The notes under the pieces are model-generated. The model had not been told where the DNA came from, did not search any database, and worked only from the letters and a program-made list of their open reading frames with translations. A stretch of 64,000 nucleotides of DNA from Candidatus Parcubacteria bacterium (GTDB lineage Bacteria; Patescibacteriota; Saccharimonadia; UBA4664; JBIOIQ01). Positions 61,606 to 64,000 of this stretch are shown here, piece by piece; within the stretch, counting starts at the first letter, position 1, and the number at the start of each line of letters is the position of its first letter. The DNA is taken from positions 605,373-669,372 of the forward strand of contig OY970378.1 in the NCBI GenBank assembly GCA_963718875.1. The letters are read 5' to 3'. The translations under genes were made by a program, and so were the position numbers.

Positions 61606-61816
61606 GTGATGCTCCTTCGGTGGGAGTAATTAATGAAGTAATAAAATATAACGCAGTGCCAGGAAGTATACCAGATAAGATTATTATTCCAAGTACCAGA
61701 ATGCGGACAATAGTGACATCGATATTAAAATACTCGGCGAGTCCTGCGCATAAGCCAGTTAGCTTACGGTCTTTCTCGCTTCGATATAATCTTTTTATAG
61801 TGTTTCCTTGTTTCAC
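61598..61816 (-). CDS. PspC domain protein
   Basis: KRLYRSEKDRKLTGLCAGLAEYFNIDVTIVR. Confidence 0.92.
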   Translation of the reverse strand: MKQGNTIKRLYRSEKDRKLTGLCAGLAEYFNIDVTIVRILVLGIIILSGILPGTALYFITSLITPTEGASHA

Positions 61817-61857
61817 TTTTTCTAATTTCCTTTAATAGTTTGTGTTGATTATTGCTA

Positions 61858-61932
61858 TGGAGCCCAAGGCGAGGATTGAACTCGCGACCCCTTCCTTACC
61901 ATGGAAGTGCTCTGCCACTGAGCTACTTGGGC
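61858..61932 (-). tRNA. tRNA-Thr(GGT)
   Basis: Minus-strand loop ATGGTAA in stem CTTCC/GGAAG. Confidence 0.95.
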
Positions 61933-61935
61933 GCA

Positions 61936-62061
61936 AGAGATTTGTCCTTTACGCACCTTGCTGCGTCAGAGCTTGTGCGCCGCATTCGGCGTACGTTGTA
62001 TAGTACGCCTTATTTACGGTGCTCGCTCTTCCTTGCAAATCATCGCAAAGGACAAATCTCT
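61936..62061. repeat. Palindromic MITE/REP-like element between tRNAs
   Basis: AGAGATTTGTCCTTTACG / CGCAAAGGACAAATCTCT arms; core shared with 801-934. Confidence 0.65.
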
Positions 62062-62071
62062 GTTTACAGTA

Positions 62072-62157
62072 TGGTGCCGGGTGAGAGATTCGAACTCCCG
62101 AAGGCGTAAGCCAGCTGATTTACAGTCAGCCCCCGTTGGCCGCTTGGGTAACCCGGC
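62072..62157 (-). tRNA. tRNA-Tyr(GTA)
   Basis: Minus-strand loop CTGTAAA, long variable arm. Confidence 0.95.
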
Positions 62158-62242
62158 ATGGTGCAATTTTCATTTTTTAAAATTTACAATTTTCAGTCTG
62201 CAAAAGAAATGATTGAAACTTAAACAAAAATGAAACTTGCTT

Positions 62243-62319
62243 TGGAGCCGATGGAGGGGCTCGAACCCACGACCTGCTGTTTACAAAACAGCTGCTCTAG
62301 CCAACTGAGCTACATCGGC
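62243..62319 (-). tRNA. tRNA-Thr(TGT)
   Basis: Minus-strand loop TTTGTAA in stem GCTGT/ACAGC. Confidence 0.95.
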
Positions 62320-62480
62320 GTACACAACTTGCTTATCTTATAGTGCGACTGTTGTCCGATGCAGTGGAAATTGTAGCGCAACAAGTATTAAGCTTTTATT
62401 AATGAGTTTCTTAGGTGCGAGCTTAAAAGTGTCGCTTCAACTAAGAAATAATACCATTTATTACTTGTGATGACAACAAT

Positions 62481-63113
62481 CTAAAGCGTTTTTTCCGTCG
62501 TTTTCGAAAGCTGAAGTTGCAACGAACGAGCTTTTTCAATATTTTTGGAGCCGTGGTATGCGACAAGAAGAGCTTGTTGATTATGTCGGTTAGGGTCGAT
62601 TTCTACAGCTTTTTCGAAGGCATGGACGGCGTTAGGCCAGTCAATTTTACGTTGATATGCTTTAGCGAGGCCTATGTAGCGGTTAGCGGATGGCTCTATG
62701 GTTATTGACTCATTAAAGGCGTTAATGGCTTTGCTGTAATTTTTGTTCTCATAATAAGCCGATCCTAAATTGAAGTATGTTGATGCGTTTGGGTCTAACT
62801 GTACTGTAATTTGGCAGCATTCTATAGCATCTGGTAGGTTTCTAAGCCACAAATAAATCCTTCCTAGCCGGTTATAGGCAATGACATTCTTGTGATCAAG
62901 TTTAATTACTTCCAAATATGCTTTTTCGGCTGCTAGGTATTTGCGCTCAGCGTATAACCTGGCGGCATAGGAAATAGCTATTTCAAGCTTAGGATTGAGT
63001 TTTTTGGGCTGCTTGGGTGGCTTTGAAGCTGACCTGGCTAGTTTGCGAATACTCTGATAAGTCAATGCTACGCATATAATAAAAAAGGCTGGTATAAGTA
63101 AAATATTTGGCAT
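62481..63113 (-). CDS. TPR repeat membrane-anchored protein
   Basis: AYNRLGRIY, TYFNLGSAY...AINAFNESI TPR motifs. Confidence 0.88.
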   Translation of the reverse strand: MPNILLIPAFFIICVALTYQSIRKLARSASKPPKQPKKLNPKLEIAISYAARLYAERKYLAAEKAYLEVIKLDHKNVIAYNRLGRIYLWLRNLPDAIECCQITVQLDPNASTYFNLGSAYYENKNYSKAINAFNESITIEPSANRYIGLAKAYQRKIDWPNAVHAFEKAVEIDPNRHNQQALLVAYHGSKNIEKARSLQLQLSKTTEKTL

Positions 63114-63115
63114 TG

Positions 63116-64000
63116 TTAGTTTAACTCCAAAGCAAAAGCGCTCAAGGCGGTTTTGGGAGCTACGTTAGCTTCTAGGTGCTGGCTTAGGCGCATGCTGGCT
63201 CTCATGGCGCGGGTGGTTATTTCTATTTGGTTGGTGTCAGATGTTTTTATATGTACCCTTAGAGCTCGTCTAAGGTTCTGCTGCATCACTTCATTGAGAA
63301 AAACAATTGAGAGGGTTTTAGCCTCAGTAATTTGAGCGGCCAATTTTAGGCGTTCAAATAAAGGCTCGAATAAAAGTTGCTGTGCAAGCAATGAGGTTTC
63401 TTGGTAGTGTCGTATTGTTTCAGGCTCAGCTGTGAGTCGTATTGCCAAGCCGATTTTCCCGGATGCTATTTCTGCAGCTAACTGGACCTGGTCGTGAGAA
63501 ATTTCATTCAGCGAGGACAGGTGGTCCAGTACGGCTTTATTAGCGACCTGGAAGAATCTAATTACTTGGCTACGTGAAAGTAGTGTTGTTAATAACGACT
63601 TGGGGGAAGTTACTAACAAAATAATTATAGTGTCAGGTGGCGGCTCCTCGGCGCACTTTAATAGTGCACTTTGAGCCTCATGAGTAAGAGAATCAGCCAT
63701 ATCTATGACGATTGTGCGTTTCCCTAGGTTATCGTGCCTACTACGATTGAGCCGTTTTTGGAGTGCCTGGATTTGAGCAATGCCAATGGTGTCTTTTTCT
63801 GGCGATATTACTATAAGGTCAGGATAGGTATTTGCGTCGATTTGTATACAACGTGAGCATACGCCAGTGGCATCATAGTGGCCATGCCAGGACTTAGAAA
63901 GCCACTTGGCAGCAGTCATTTTTCCAATACCAGTGGGTCCATCGAATACGTATGTTCCTTTGGGGTTTTTGCTGGCGGACGTTAAAACAACTTCGGTCTG
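63116..64000 (-). CDS. holB: DNA polymerase III delta' (5' end beyond window)
   Basis: YVFDGPTGIGK, YPDL, AQSALLKCAEEPP, TLLSRSQ. Confidence 0.88.
   Translation of the reverse strand, partial: QTEVVLTSASKNPKGTYVFDGPTGIGKMTAAKWLSKSWHGHYDATGVCSRCIQIDANTYPDLIVISPEKDTIGIAQIQALQKRLNRSRHDNLGKRTIVIDMADSLTHEAQSALLKCAEEPPPDTIIILLVTSPKSLLTTLLSRSQVIRFFQVANKAVLDHLSSLNEISHDQVQLAAEIASGKIGLAIRLTAEPETIRHYQETSLLAQQLLFEPLFERLKLAAQITEAKTLSIVFLNEVMQQNLRRALRVHIKTSDTNQIEITTRAMRASMRLSQHLEANVAPKTALSAFALELN

Overview
Bacterial chromosomal window, inferred to be Patescibacteria/CPR and Saccharibacteria-like. The inference rests on a compact genome, short ATP synthase delta, a short archaeal-type AspRS, ribosomal proteins with acidic N-terminal extensions, a sortase, and apparently leaderless genes. 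TGA is used as stop (code 11). The window holds the F1Fo ATP synthase operon, gltX, mreB, cysS, nrnA-recR-ybaB, dnaB-dnaX, rplL-rplJ (with L10 leader), rplA-rplK-nusG-secE, aspS, rpmG, partial holB and six tRNAs. It also holds a GtrA/GT2/GT39 glycosylation cassette, two disrupted genes and many hypotheticals. Most notable: (1) two diverged ~300-360 nt non-coding direct repeats with perfectly conserved 19- and 25-nt blocks bracket the glycosylation cassette inside the dnaX-dnaB..ybaB-recR run; (2) a convergent nucleotide cluster of divergent ThyA, DHFR, HIT, a degenerate HIT paralog, a deaminase fused to a HIGH-like domain, and a nucleotidyltransferase; (3) a second probable pair of large structured intergenic elements; (4) a shared GCTTAYGCTTA upstream motif, heptamer-periodic hairpins and several palindromic repeat families. 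All calls come from reading the sequence; no database searches were run.
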